NCBI GenBank assembly: GCA_965140765.1
Contig: OZ223309.1
Coordinates: forward strand, 1,003,470-1,067,469
Origin: an uncultured Sunxiuqinia sp.
Lineage (GTDB): Bacteria > Bacteroidota > Bacteroidia > Bacteroidales > Prolixibacteraceae
Length of the DNA stretch: 64,000 nucleotides
Reading direction: 5' to 3'
The position numbers were made by a program, and so were the translations under genes. The first letter of the stretch is position 1, and every line of letters begins with the position of its first letter. Below are positions 10,290-19,834 of this stretch, in pieces. Below the pieces are notes generated by a model that ran no database searches, was not told the origin of the DNA, and worked only from the letters and a program-made list of their open reading frames with translations.

Positions 10290-10856
10290 TTATTCTATGA
10301 GTCTTTTCAGCTCTTGGCTGAAGTAATAAAGTTCCTTTTTGTAGAATTGAAAATAGCTGGTGAGCACATCAATCTTTTCAAGGATAAAATCATTCAATTC
10401 TTCATCATTGGAGATCGCGGACAGTCTATCCAGAAATTCCCATCGATGATTTTCAAACCAGCTTTCGTTTCGTAATTTCCGTCTACCACCATAATTGCTG
10501 TAATAATAGACATAAACATCTGTGGCGTGCTCTTTTGTTGGTTCCACCAATAGTCGCTTTAAACCACCACTTAGAGATCTCATTAAGAGCCAGTAACGAT
10601 TAAATTCCTCGCTGTATTCGCAGAGGTATTTCAGGTTCTTAACTTTAATATAGAATTCATGGATTTCGTGCTTTATTAAGTTGGTTTCAAGCTCATCAAC
10701 TATTGCTGGCGTATGGGTAATAAATTCTTTAACAAACCCATTTTTACTCTGTGGATATGATATATCATTACTTACCCGGTATTCATTGTTAAAATATTTA
10801 TAAAACCTTTGAGCTGGAGTCATATTATCTGGTATTGAGTAGCTAATTTCAGACAT
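10290..10856 (-). CDS. Hypothetical protein
   Basis: 188-aa ORF with plausible composition, ending at the bidirectional terminator; no family recognised. Confidence 0.6.
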   Translation of the reverse strand: MSEISYSIPDNMTPAQRFYKYFNNEYRVSNDISYPQSKNGFVKEFITHTPAIVDELETNLIKHEIHEFYIKVKNLKYLCEYSEEFNRYWLLMRSLSGGLKRLLVEPTKEHATDVYVYYYSNYGGRRKLRNESWFENHRWEFLDRLSAISNDEELNDFILEKIDVLTSYFQFYKKELYYFSQELKRLIE

Positions 10857-11104
10857 TTTAAGCTAATTGTCAATGGGTTATCGGGACGAGTTATTAAACC
10901 CTCATTTTTGATTATCAAGATAGGTTTTACACTGACCGAAATCGATAACTGGTTAACGAGAAAAGGAGTGTTTTATTTTCCAATAACAATAGTGAACGTT
11001 TAACTTGCTTAAATACATGCGATTGAAAAAGTCAGCATATCGTGGGAGGTTCTTGGGGTTTAGCTTAGTGGTTGACTGGCTGATTATTAGTTGCTTGGAA
11101 TGGA

Positions 11105-11136
11105 AAAAGGCAGAGAACTAATAATCTCTGCCTTTT
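11105..11136 (-). terminator. Terminator of the cys operon
   Basis: AAAAGGCAGAGA/TCTCTGCCTTTT inverted repeat about 30 bp past the cysNC stop. Confidence 0.7.
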
Positions 11137-11165
11137 AATATTTAATAGTAGCTTGCGTACTTTCT

Positions 11166-13079
11166 TTATTGTAGAGGGAAAATTTTCTTTTCCCGTATGT
11201 ATTCGATCACTTTTTCAGGGTTATTCCCATTTTGAGTCGGATCAAGGTTTAGTGATGCATTCTCCGGGGCTTCAAAGGTAATATCGACTCCTGGAACATA
11301 CTGGATTGTTTCATCTTCATACAAATCAGGCTTATTCTTTTTACAAAATTCAAGCGACGCATCCATATGAAATAGGTGGAATTGATTTTCACCTATTATT
11401 TCAGCTACTTGTGTTCGTATCGATTCGTCGGGAGAAATAAACGAGCATATCGTGATAATGCCTTGGTCGTTTAATAACCGACAAACTTCTGCTACCCGGC
11501 GCAGATGCTCAGCCCGGTCGGTTGGCGAATAATCCAGCTCTTTAGACAGGCCGGAGCGAACCGAACTTCCATCAAGCAATACAACCGTTGCACCCATGTC
11601 AAATAGTTGCTTTTCAAGGCTGAATGCAAATTCATTTTTGCCCGATCCATGCAGGCCGGTTACCCAAAGAGTAGCTCCTTTTTGGTTGTATCGTTTTTGA
11701 TATTCTTTTTGTGCAATTAATCCTTCTCCTTGTCGGATTTGATCGCGGTGTTTGTCACTAATTTTCGAGGGCAAATCATCCGGGCTTAATTTGTCGATGA
11801 TCATTCCAACCGCAACCGTATTATTGGTTACCGGGTGAATTAAAACAAATGCTCCGGTATTTTTATTCTGTTTATAGGGGTCGAAAAATAGTGGTTTGTT
11901 GGTTGTTAAAACAGCCCGTCCGATCTCATTCAGCTTCAAGTGGTCAATTTCTGATTTTTGAAGGCTGTTGACATCAACTTTGTATTTGACTTGATCGATG
12001 CGCGCTTTTGTATTGTTGTTGGCATGTTTAATGAAAAACTGGGTGGTCGGATCCATTGGCGTTTCATCCATCCAAACCAGCATCGTTTCAAAGTGGCGCT
12101 CAATTCGAGGTAAATTATCAGGATGCACCAACATATCTCCACGAGAAATGTCAATTTCATCTTCGAGTGTAACCGTAACAGCTTGTGGTGGAAATGCTTC
12201 CTCCAACTCTCCATCATAAGTAATAATGCTTTTTACCTTTGACTTTTTACGTGAAGGAAGCACCATGACTTCTTCACCTTTGCGAATTACACCCGATGAA
12301 ATTCTCGTCGAAAATCCACGGAAATCCCGGTCGGGGCGCAGCACATATTGTACAGGGTAACGCAGATCGTCAAAATTACGATCGGAACTGATGTGTACCG
12401 ATTCTAAAAAGTCGAGCATTGACTTTCCTTTGTACCATTTCATTTTGTCGGTTTTGTCGACAACATTATCTCCTTTTAAAGCAGAAATAGGAATGTAGTT
12501 AATATCCGGAATGTCCAACTGTGTCACAAAATCTTTATAGTCTGAGCAAATATTGTCAAATATCTTCTGATCAAAATCAACCAGGTCCATTTTGTTGACA
12601 GCCAATACGACGTGCTTAATTCCCAGTAATGAAACTAAAAACGTATGGCGACGTGTTTGAGTAATTACTCCCTTTGTTGCATCGATTAAGATGATTGCCA
12701 GGTTTGCTGTTGATGCTCCGGTTACCATGTTACGCGTATACTGCTCGTGGCCTGGGGTGTCGGCAATAATAAATTTTCGTCTGTTGGTTGAAAAGTAGCG
12801 ATATGCGACGTCGATGGTAATTCCTTGCTCGCGCTCGGCTTTTAGCCCATCAAGCAGCAAGGCGTAGTCAATATCCTCACCGGCATGTCCCACTCGTTTG
12901 CTGTCTCGCTGTAAAGCTGCCAATTGGTCTTCGTAAAGTCGTTTGCTGTCAAAAAGAAGTCGTCCGATTAAAGTCGATTTTCCATCATCTACTGATCCGG
13001 CTGTTAGCAAGCGAAGTAAATCCTTTTTTTCGTCCTGATCAAGAAATGCCTTTATATCCATGTGTTGTGTAATCTTCAA
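11166..13079 (-). CDS. cysN: Sulfate adenylyltransferase subunit 1 fused to an APS-kinase-like domain (CysN/C)
   Basis: [23 protein letters not shown] and NKMD GTPase motifs; C-terminal domain with VTGLHGSGK and FISP. Confidence 0.93.
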   Translation of the reverse strand: MKITQHMDIKAFLDQDEKKDLLRLLTAGSVDDGKSTLIGRLLFDSKRLYEDQLAALQRDSKRVGHAGEDIDYALLLDGLKAEREQGITIDVAYRYFSTNRRKFIIADTPGHEQYTRNMVTGASTANLAIILIDATKGVITQTRRHTFLVSLLGIKHVVLAVNKMDLVDFDQKIFDNICSDYKDFVTQLDIPDINYIPISALKGDNVVDKTDKMKWYKGKSMLDFLESVHISSDRNFDDLRYPVQYVLRPDRDFRGFSTRISSGVIRKGEEVMVLPSRKKSKVKSIITYDGELEEAFPPQAVTVTLEDEIDISRGDMLVHPDNLPRIERHFETMLVWMDETPMDPTTQFFIKHANNNTKARIDQVKYKVDVNSLQKSEIDHLKLNEIGRAVLTTNKPLFFDPYKQNKNTGAFVLIHPVTNNTVAVGMIIDKLSPDDLPSKISDKHRDQIRQGEGLIAQKEYQKRYNQKGATLWVTGLHGSGKNEFAFSLEKQLFDMGATVVLLDGSSVRSGLSKELDYSPTDRAEHLRRVAEVCRLLNDQGIITICSFISPDESIRTQVAEIIGENQFHLFHMDASLEFCKKNKPDLYEDETIQYVPGVDITFEAPENASLNLDPTQNGNNPEKVIEYIREKKIFPLQ

Positions 13080-13114
13080 TTAATAATTCAAAGTCGAATG
13101 TTGATTGCGGTGGT

Positions 13115-14023
13115 TTAGAAATAGCCTTCGCGTTTTTTCTGTTCCATACTTCCTTCTTGGTCAAAATCAATAACCCGGGTTGTTCGTTCCGAAACAGTAA
13201 CAGTCATCATCTCTTCCACAATTTTTTCAATATTATCTGCTTCCGATTCAACGGCACCGGTAAGTGGATAACAACCCAGCGTACGGAAACGTACTTCTTT
13301 CATTTCAGCTTTGTCTGCCAGTTCTTTGGGCATGCGCTCATCATCAGCCATAATCAGGTTGCCGTCAACTTCTACAATTGGACGTTTTTTTGAATAATAA
13401 AGCGGAACGATTGGAATGTTTTCCAGTCGGATGTATTGCCACACGTCCAATTCGGTCCAGTTTGAGATTGGGAAAACCCGGATTGACTCACCTTTGTGTA
13501 CTTTGGCATTGTAGATGTTCCAAAGCTCCGGGCGCTGATTTTTAGGATCCCACTGGTGAAATTTATCACGAAAAGAGAAAATACGCTCTTTGGCTCTTGA
13601 TTTTTCTTCATCACGACGAGCTCCTCCAAAAGCTGCATCGAATTTGTATTTGGACAAACCTTCGAGCAAAGCCTGTGTTTTCATCACATCGGTGTGCACC
13701 TTACTACCGTGGGTAAATGGTCCGACACCACTTTCAAATCCTTCTTTGTTGTGATGCACGATTAAGTCCCAACCATTTTCTTTGGCATAATTATCGCGGA
13801 ACTCAATCATCTCTTTGAATTTCCATTTCGAATCAATGTGCATCAATGGAAATGGAACTTTACCGGGGTAAAAGGCTTTTTCAGCCAAGCGAACCATAAC
13901 GGATGAGTCTTTCCCGATCGAATATAGCATAACGGGATTTTCAAATTCGGCTGCAACCTCCCGGATAATGTGAATAGCTTCGGCTTCTAATTCACGTAAA
14001 TGGGTCAGATTATATTTATTCAT
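13115..14023 (-). CDS. cysD: Sulfate adenylyltransferase subunit 2
   Basis: [31 protein letters not shown]. Confidence 0.95.
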   Translation of the reverse strand: MNKYNLTHLRELEAEAIHIIREVAAEFENPVMLYSIGKDSSVMVRLAEKAFYPGKVPFPLMHIDSKWKFKEMIEFRDNYAKENGWDLIVHHNKEGFESGVGPFTHGSKVHTDVMKTQALLEGLSKYKFDAAFGGARRDEEKSRAKERIFSFRDKFHQWDPKNQRPELWNIYNAKVHKGESIRVFPISNWTELDVWQYIRLENIPIVPLYYSKKRPIVEVDGNLIMADDERMPKELADKAEMKEVRFRTLGCYPLTGAVESEADNIEKIVEEMMTVTVSERTTRVIDFDQEGSMEQKKREGYF

Positions 14024-14135
14024 GATATCAATTTTTCAAGCGTATTTGCACGAGCAAGACTGTAAAAATAATTAGGGTGCAAAAATAAGGTATTCTGACC
14101 GAAGTTTAATGAGTATTAACTCTTATTGTCCTTAT

Positions 14136-15962
14136 TTAGAATGGCCAAATCATTGGAATGAGGATGACCGATATAATGAACGCGATCAGATTCAAGGGTA
14201 ATCCTACTTTGGTGTAGTCGCCAAATTTATAGTTCCCAAGTCCTTGTACTAATAGGTTTGTTTGGTAACCTATTGGAGATGAGAAGCTTGCTGATGCTGC
14301 AATGCAGATCGCAATAAAGAATGGCTTTGGATCTACTCCCATTTGAGTTGCTGCTGAAAAGGCAATCGGAAAAACCAGAGCTGCGGCAGCGTTATTTGTT
14401 ATAATCTCGGTGAAAACTGTTGTAATCAAATAGATTGTGATCAGCACACCAACTGGGCCAAATGATTTTGAAAAATTGATAGCGGTTGTTGCAATGCTGT
14501 CGGCTGCCCCCGAATTTTGTAAGGCTTTACTTAATCCAAAAGCACAGGCAATGGTTATTAACACGTCCCACGAAATCGCTTTGGTATATTTTCGGTTGGG
14601 AAGAATGTTAATCCAGGCCATCAAAACTGCAACAATGGCTGCAAAGTAAAACATGTCCAATTTATTCCCTCCAACTTCGGGTAAATAGCGACCAACCGTC
14701 GCACCAATAATCATTAGTAAAACGAGTAACAATGCGAGTAGTCGTTGTCCCTTGTATCGTGGTGGTGGGATTTCCCCAATAAAAGAGGTCAGGTAAAATC
14801 CGGTAGATTCGCCCCAGTTTTTTATGAAGTTCTCGTTAGTTAGAAGTACCAGACTGTCACCTGCTTTCATCCGAAAATCCCCAACGTTTGTTGATATGGT
14901 TTCTCCATTTCTATAAACTGCTAATACTTCGGCCTGGTAATGGTTTAAAAAGTCGAATTGGTCAACTGTTTGATTAATCCCGGGAAAGCGAGGAGCAATA
15001 ACGGCTTCAATTTGTTTGATGTCGGTGCTTTTATAGAATTTACCAAATCCTTTAAGAGCTTTAAATTCCAGTTTGCGCTGTGGAATAAGGTTTTCAAGTA
15101 TTTCAGATTTTACAGCAATAACAAGCTTATCATCCTGATGAAGGATATATTTTCCTTTGCGGGCGTCAATAATTTCATGATTTCTTTCAATCGAATGGAT
15201 AATGATATTTTTTAATTGATGCGTACGTCCTTTATTTATCTCTTCGCCAGCGAGTGAGCTGTTGGGCGGGAGAGTAGCATCTAAAAAATACTCTTTATAA
15301 TCCAGGCTATCTTTTTTATTATTGTCCTTCTTGCCTGGGAGCAGTCGATGTCCAATGAATGCCAAATAAATAAAACCGGTCAGGGCGATCCAGATGCCCA
15401 CTTTACCCAGTTCAAACATAAACAATCCACCAAACCCATTTTCAAGCATTAGGCCATGCACAACCAGATTTGTAGATGTTCCGATTAAGGTACAAATGCC
15501 CCCCAGAATAGTCGCATAAGACAGAGGTATCAGAAACTTTTGAGGAGAAAGGTTCATCTTTTCTGCCCAGTTTTTTATCATCGGAGCAAAAATAATGACT
15601 ACGGGTGTGTTGTTTAAAAAAGCTGAAATGAACGAAACAGGAATCAAAATTTTAGTTAAGGTGATGGGCATTTTACCTCTTCTTTTTGGTAGAAATGCAC
15701 GGGCAACAATGTTCAATGCCCCGGTTTGTCGAACTCCCTCACTAACCAAAAACAGGACAGCTACGGTGAGCATCCCTTTGTTTGAAAAGCCCGCAAGGCT
15801 CTCCTGAGTGGTGATAACTCCTGCCGACATTAACACGACAAGTGCAGAAAAGAGCAGCAGTCCTGGTCGCATCCAATCGTTAATCAGTGCAATTATCATG
15901 ACCACAATAACTGCAATAACAAAATAGCCTTCAAAAGTCATCAATGTTGATTTTTCAAACAA
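14136..15962 (-). CDS. SLC13-family permease with TrkA-C domains (probable sulfate transporter)
   Basis: SAFLNNTPVV, GGICTLIGTSTNL, ITNNAAA and PIGYQTN motifs; first gene of the cys operon; exact start uncertain. Confidence 0.9.
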   Translation of the reverse strand: MFEKSTLMTFEGYFVIAVIVVMIIALINDWMRPGLLLFSALVVLMSAGVITTQESLAGFSNKGMLTVAVLFLVSEGVRQTGALNIVARAFLPKRRGKMPITLTKILIPVSFISAFLNNTPVVIIFAPMIKNWAEKMNLSPQKFLIPLSYATILGGICTLIGTSTNLVVHGLMLENGFGGLFMFELGKVGIWIALTGFIYLAFIGHRLLPGKKDNNKKDSLDYKEYFLDATLPPNSSLAGEEINKGRTHQLKNIIIHSIERNHEIIDARKGKYILHQDDKLVIAVKSEILENLIPQRKLEFKALKGFGKFYKSTDIKQIEAVIAPRFPGINQTVDQFDFLNHYQAEVLAVYRNGETISTNVGDFRMKAGDSLVLLTNENFIKNWGESTGFYLTSFIGEIPPPRYKGQRLLALLLVLLMIIGATVGRYLPEVGGNKLDMFYFAAIVAVLMAWINILPNRKYTKAISWDVLITIACAFGLSKALQNSGAADSIATTAINFSKSFGPVGVLITIYLITTVFTEIITNNAAAALVFPIAFSAATQMGVDPKPFFIAICIAASASFSSPIGYQTNLLVQGLGNYKFGDYTKVGLPLNLIAFIISVILIPMIWPF

Positions 15963-16176
15963 AAGTAAGTTTATTTACCTAACCACCTATGGAGTGAAAT
16001 ACTTAATTTTAAAGGAACACTATGTGAAAAAAAAATACTGTTATAATTTACTCATACCCTTAAAGTTGCCTGTTCTATTGACTGTGAGTGCTTTTTTTAT
16101 TGATATTTTCTTTTGTCGTTTAGGTTGAAAAACATATTTTTGCTGCGCCTTTAAACAAAAAGGCAACATACAGGAT

Positions 16177-16252
16177 GACTCAGTAGCTCAGCTGGTAGAG
16201 CACATCCCTTTTAAGGATGGGGTCCTGGGTTCGAACCCCAGCTGAGTCACCA
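16177..16252 (+). tRNA. tRNA-Lys (anticodon TTT)
   Basis: Acceptor stem GACTCAG/CTGAGTC, anticodon arm CATCC-CTTTTAA-GGATG, GGTTCGAACC T-loop, encoded CCA; 76 nt. Confidence 0.97.
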
Positions 16253-16273
16253 AATCGGAAACCATTCCGAACC

Positions 16274-16309
16274 AAAAGCGCTTAAATCGTTGATTTTAAG
16301 CGCTTTTTT
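16274..16309 (+). terminator. Terminator downstream of tRNA-Lys
   Basis: AAAAGCGCTTAA/TTAAGCGCTTTT hairpin with T-run; small TCGGAA/TTCCGA hairpin at 16255-16270. Confidence 0.7.
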
Positions 16310-16360
16310 ATTTTAGGCAAATGCCAGGATATGCACTGAAAATCAAATTAAAAGGGTCTA

Positions 16361-16404
16361 AATCGAGACCTATGCAAAATGAGGCAAAAAGTTAGGTCTC
16401 GATT
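16361..16404. repeat. 12-bp perfect inverted repeat upstream of the integrase (candidate arm-type site)
   Basis: AATCGAGACCTA (16361-16372) and TAGGTCTCGATT (16393-16404), 20-bp spacer. Confidence 0.6.
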
Positions 16405-16528
16405 GTAGTTTAACTTGCTGATAATTAACATTTAGATTGAGTTGTTTTGGTCTGTTTTGATGTTTTCAAATTGCCCGGTAATGGGTAATTTTGAAAAAGG
16501 AACGAGACCATTTTTTTTCGAACAAAAA

Positions 16529-17740
16529 ATGTTAGTTAAAATGAGAGTAACAATTAATTTTCAATTGAAGAAGTCAAAGGCGCGAGAAGATGACAAATGC
16601 CCTGTTTATTTGCGGTGTACACTTGATGGAGAACGGTTTGAACTGTCAACCGGCATTTTTATTTTACCGGATTTATGGAGCAGGGGGCGACAGGAACCCA
16701 GGGGAAAGACCGAGGATGCTATGGTCGTAAAAAGCCGTTTGGGGAAAGTCACAACAAAAGTACAGGATGCCTTCAATTTTCTGGAATCAACCGAAGAGCA
16801 TTTCACTGTTTTTGATCTGAAAGAAAAACTTTTGTCCCCCAGGAAGAAGGCTGGCCTGATTTCGGTTTTTGATTCCGTAATAAGAGATATAGAAGCGCGG
16901 GTCGGTGTTGATTATTCGAAGGGAACCCTGAAACATTATAAAACGAGCAGGGAACGGATAAAAGGATTTATCAGTTTCCAGTTTAAGCGGCAGGAATTTC
17001 CTGTTTCATCGGTTGACTACGGCTTTATTAATGCAATGGATGTTTATTTAAAACAGAAATTCCGGGTAAAACCGAATACAGCAGTAACCTACCATAAGCA
17101 TTTAAAGAAGGTATTGAACACAGCAATTGCCCTGAATTATATTACCACCAACCCCTACGAACGGTTTAAGGTTGTCAGGAACGAGTCACATAGGGATTTC
17201 CTCACATTGCAGGAACTGGACAAAATAAGGCACAAGGAAATAAGTACCCAGCGACTGGGGCAGGTGCGGGATATATTTGTGTTTGCCTGTTACACCGGGC
17301 TCGGCTATGCAGAGCTAAAGAAACTTGGTCGGGAACACATTCATCAGGGTGATGACGGAGATGAGTGGATCGTTATTGACCGGAATAAAACCGATATCCG
17401 TTGCCGCATTCCCTTATTACCCCAGGCCAAAGAGCTCCTTAAAAAATACGAACGACATCCGGTGTGCGAGATTACCGGAAAATTGCTCCCTGTAAATTCC
17501 AACCAAAGGATGAACGAATATTTGAAAGAGCTGGCAGTTATTTGCGGGATCGATAAAACTTTGACAATGCATGTTTCAAGGCACACATTCGCCACTTCGG
17601 TCACGCTAACCAACGGGGTTCCAATTGAAACCGTTTCCAGGATGCTGGGGCATACTTCAATTAAAACAACGCAGATCTATGCCAGAATTGTTGACAAGAA
17701 AATCTCGGATGATATGAGGAAGTTAAAAGCAATCTTGTAA
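16529..17740 (+). CDS. int: Tyrosine recombinase / site-specific integrase (Bacteroidetes arm-binding type)
   Basis: N-terminal PVYLRCT arm-binding region, CYTGL, SRHTFAT, LGH and TTQIYA catalytic motifs; ATG at 16529 or 16541 preferred. Confidence 0.95.
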   Translation: MLVKMRVTINFQLKKSKAREDDKCPVYLRCTLDGERFELSTGIFILPDLWSRGRQEPRGKTEDAMVVKSRLGKVTTKVQDAFNFLESTEEHFTVFDLKEKLLSPRKKAGLISVFDSVIRDIEARVGVDYSKGTLKHYKTSRERIKGFISFQFKRQEFPVSSVDYGFINAMDVYLKQKFRVKPNTAVTYHKHLKKVLNTAIALNYITTNPYERFKVVRNESHRDFLTLQELDKIRHKEISTQRLGQVRDIFVFACYTGLGYAELKKLGREHIHQGDDGDEWIVIDRNKTDIRCRIPLLPQAKELLKKYERHPVCEITGKLLPVNSNQRMNEYLKELAVICGIDKTLTMHVSRHTFATSVTLTNGVPIETVSRMLGHTSIKTTQIYARIVDKKISDDMRKLKAIL

Positions 17741-17971
17741 ATGATTGGTAACTGTTTGTTTTGATATTGTCTCTAATATTTTGGTTCCATCATTCTGAGA
17801 CAAGAAATAAATCTGTAAGAAAGCATGAGAATATTTGGTTTATAGTATAAATAGGACAGGTGATAATACAGTCTGAAGCAGATTGATAATTATTCGTTTA
17901 TTGGTCAAGGTAATACTGATTTTACGATGTTATGTTTATTTTTCTAATTTTGTTCCAGCATACAAGAACTT

Positions 17972-18559
17972 ATGAACAAAAACGAACAACAACTTGTAGA
18001 AAGGTTAAGAAATGACGATGAAGCTGCTTTCAAAGTTATTTATAACAACTTTTATCCAAAGCTGTATTATTTCGTTTTGGAGTTTGTTCCTTTAAAAGAT
18101 GTTACTGAAAATATTGTCCAGGATACTCTTGTTACATTATGGAACAAGCGCAACCAATTAAAAGACAATTCAAATCTTACTTCATACCTTTTTACTGTAG
18201 CCAAAAACAATGCCCTAAAAAAGTTGCGCGATAAAAAGTACAGCCAAAAGTTGTTTTCCAATACAATAGATGTTGGCGAGTTAGATTTAAATGTAGAAAC
18301 ACTCTCAACTATTGATACATCTGTATGCGCATTCATGGATATTGAACAAATAATACAAGAAACTTTAGCGAGTTTGCCACCCCAATGTCGGAAGGTCTTT
18401 GAGTTCAGCAGGTTTCAAGAAATGAAAAATCGTGAGATCGCTGAGGAACTCAATATTTCCATAAAAACAGTAGAAAAACATATCTCGAAAGGAATTAAAA
18501 CATTTAAAGTTGCCTTGAAGGATTATTTACCATTAGTAGCCTATCTGTTTGTTCTTTAA
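17972..18559 (+). CDS. ECF sigma-70 factor of the PUL
   Basis: AAFKVIY, ENIVQDT, YLFTVAKN, LNISIKTVEKHI; adjacent to FecR and SusC. Confidence 0.92.
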   Translation: MNKNEQQLVERLRNDDEAAFKVIYNNFYPKLYYFVLEFVPLKDVTENIVQDTLVTLWNKRNQLKDNSNLTSYLFTVAKNNALKKLRDKKYSQKLFSNTIDVGELDLNVETLSTIDTSVCAFMDIEQIIQETLASLPPQCRKVFEFSRFQEMKNREIAEELNISIKTVEKHISKGIKTFKVALKDYLPLVAYLFVL

Positions 18560-18652
18560 TTTTCAGTATCTTAATATATAGACAAAAAAATATATAAAAA
18601 ATTAAAGCATTACTGGGGGTAAATGCTGTTTCATGGTTTATTTATAATATAC

Positions 18653-19669
18653 ATGGAAAATTTTGAAGATATATTAAAGCTGGTCACAGGAAATCTGTCG
18701 CGTGAAGAAAAGAAAAAGGTCATTGCCGACATCCACGATAAAAAGGAAAACAAGGAAATATTCAAAAAAGTGAAAATTTTCTGGGCCTTCCTCTCTTCAA
18801 CCAGAAAACTGAACGATTATGAAATTGAAAATGCATACCTGAAGATTCAGGATAAAATCTCAGGGAAAAAAAGGAGATTGGATACAACCCTTAAAATAGT
18901 CTTAAAATATGCCGCCATAATTGTTTTTCTAATAAGCCTCACTACGATTTATTATACAAACAAGCAGCAAATCAGTCATACTGCCCCCAAAAAAAAGTTA
19001 TCATACACTTCTTTTATTACCGAAAATGGACAACGATCTAGAGTCGTTTTACCCGATAGTTCAATAGTTTGGTTAAATTCAGGCACGACACTTTCTTATC
19101 CCAACACTTTTTCGGGGGAGAACAGGAACGTTTCACTCAACGGACAGGCATTTTTTCAGGTTTGCCACAAAGGGAATTACCCATTTTCAGTACACGCGAA
19201 TGGTCTGATGGTAACCGTACTTGGTACGAAATTCGATGTAGATGCATATCCTGAAAACGATGAGATTGCTGTTGTGCTTGAATCTGGCAAAGTAGAACTT
19301 ACACACGAGGGCTTTGAGTCCTTTAACTATATCATGAAACCTGGAGAAAGGGCAAATTACAATATATCTGCTAATTCATTGAACATAGGTCATGTCGATA
19401 CTTCCATTTACTCTTCATGGAAAGACGGGAAACTTATTTTCCGCAACGAACCTATGAAAAATGTGGTTGAAAAACTTAGAAAGTGGTACAACATTGACAT
19501 TGAAGTTGCCGACACAGAAGTTTACAATTCCATCTTTTCCGGGACAATTCAAAACGAAAGCTATGAAGAAATATTCAGGCTTATCGGGGATGTTTGCCAT
19601 GTCAATTGTAAATTAATTCATAATTACGAAAAAGAAGCTAAACCCGAAATAATCATTTCAAAAAAATAA
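18653..19669 (+). CDS. FecR-family anti-sigma factor
   Basis: TM helix, LPDSSIVWLNSGT, LNGQAFFQV, VLGTKFDV, SWKDGKLIF. Confidence 0.92.
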   Translation: MENFEDILKLVTGNLSREEKKKVIADIHDKKENKEIFKKVKIFWAFLSSTRKLNDYEIENAYLKIQDKISGKKRRLDTTLKIVLKYAAIIVFLISLTTIYYTNKQQISHTAPKKKLSYTSFITENGQRSRVVLPDSSIVWLNSGTTLSYPNTFSGENRNVSLNGQAFFQVCHKGNYPFSVHANGLMVTVLGTKFDVDAYPENDEIAVVLESGKVELTHEGFESFNYIMKPGERANYNISANSLNIGHVDTSIYSSWKDGKLIFRNEPMKNVVEKLRKWYNIDIEVADTEVYNSIFSGTIQNESYEEIFRLIGDVCHVNCKLIHNYEKEAKPEIIISKK

Positions 19670-19728
19670 AAAATTATCTAACTTAAAAACTGATGCTTAT
19701 GATATTAAAGTACTAAACAAACGAAAAA

Positions 19729-19794
19729 GGAGATGCAGCTAACATCTCCCTCTTACATTTTTTAATGCCTCTCGCTAGTCAACTTTTGAGGCAT
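19729..19794 (+). promoter_or_regulatory. Two stem-loops between fecR and susC
   Basis: GGAGATG/CATCTCC (19729-19749) and ATGCCTC/GAGGCAT (19765-19794). Confidence 0.45.
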
Positions 19795-19834
19795 AAACAA
19801 CTTGAATTTTAATAATCCAAATCAAAACAAATTT

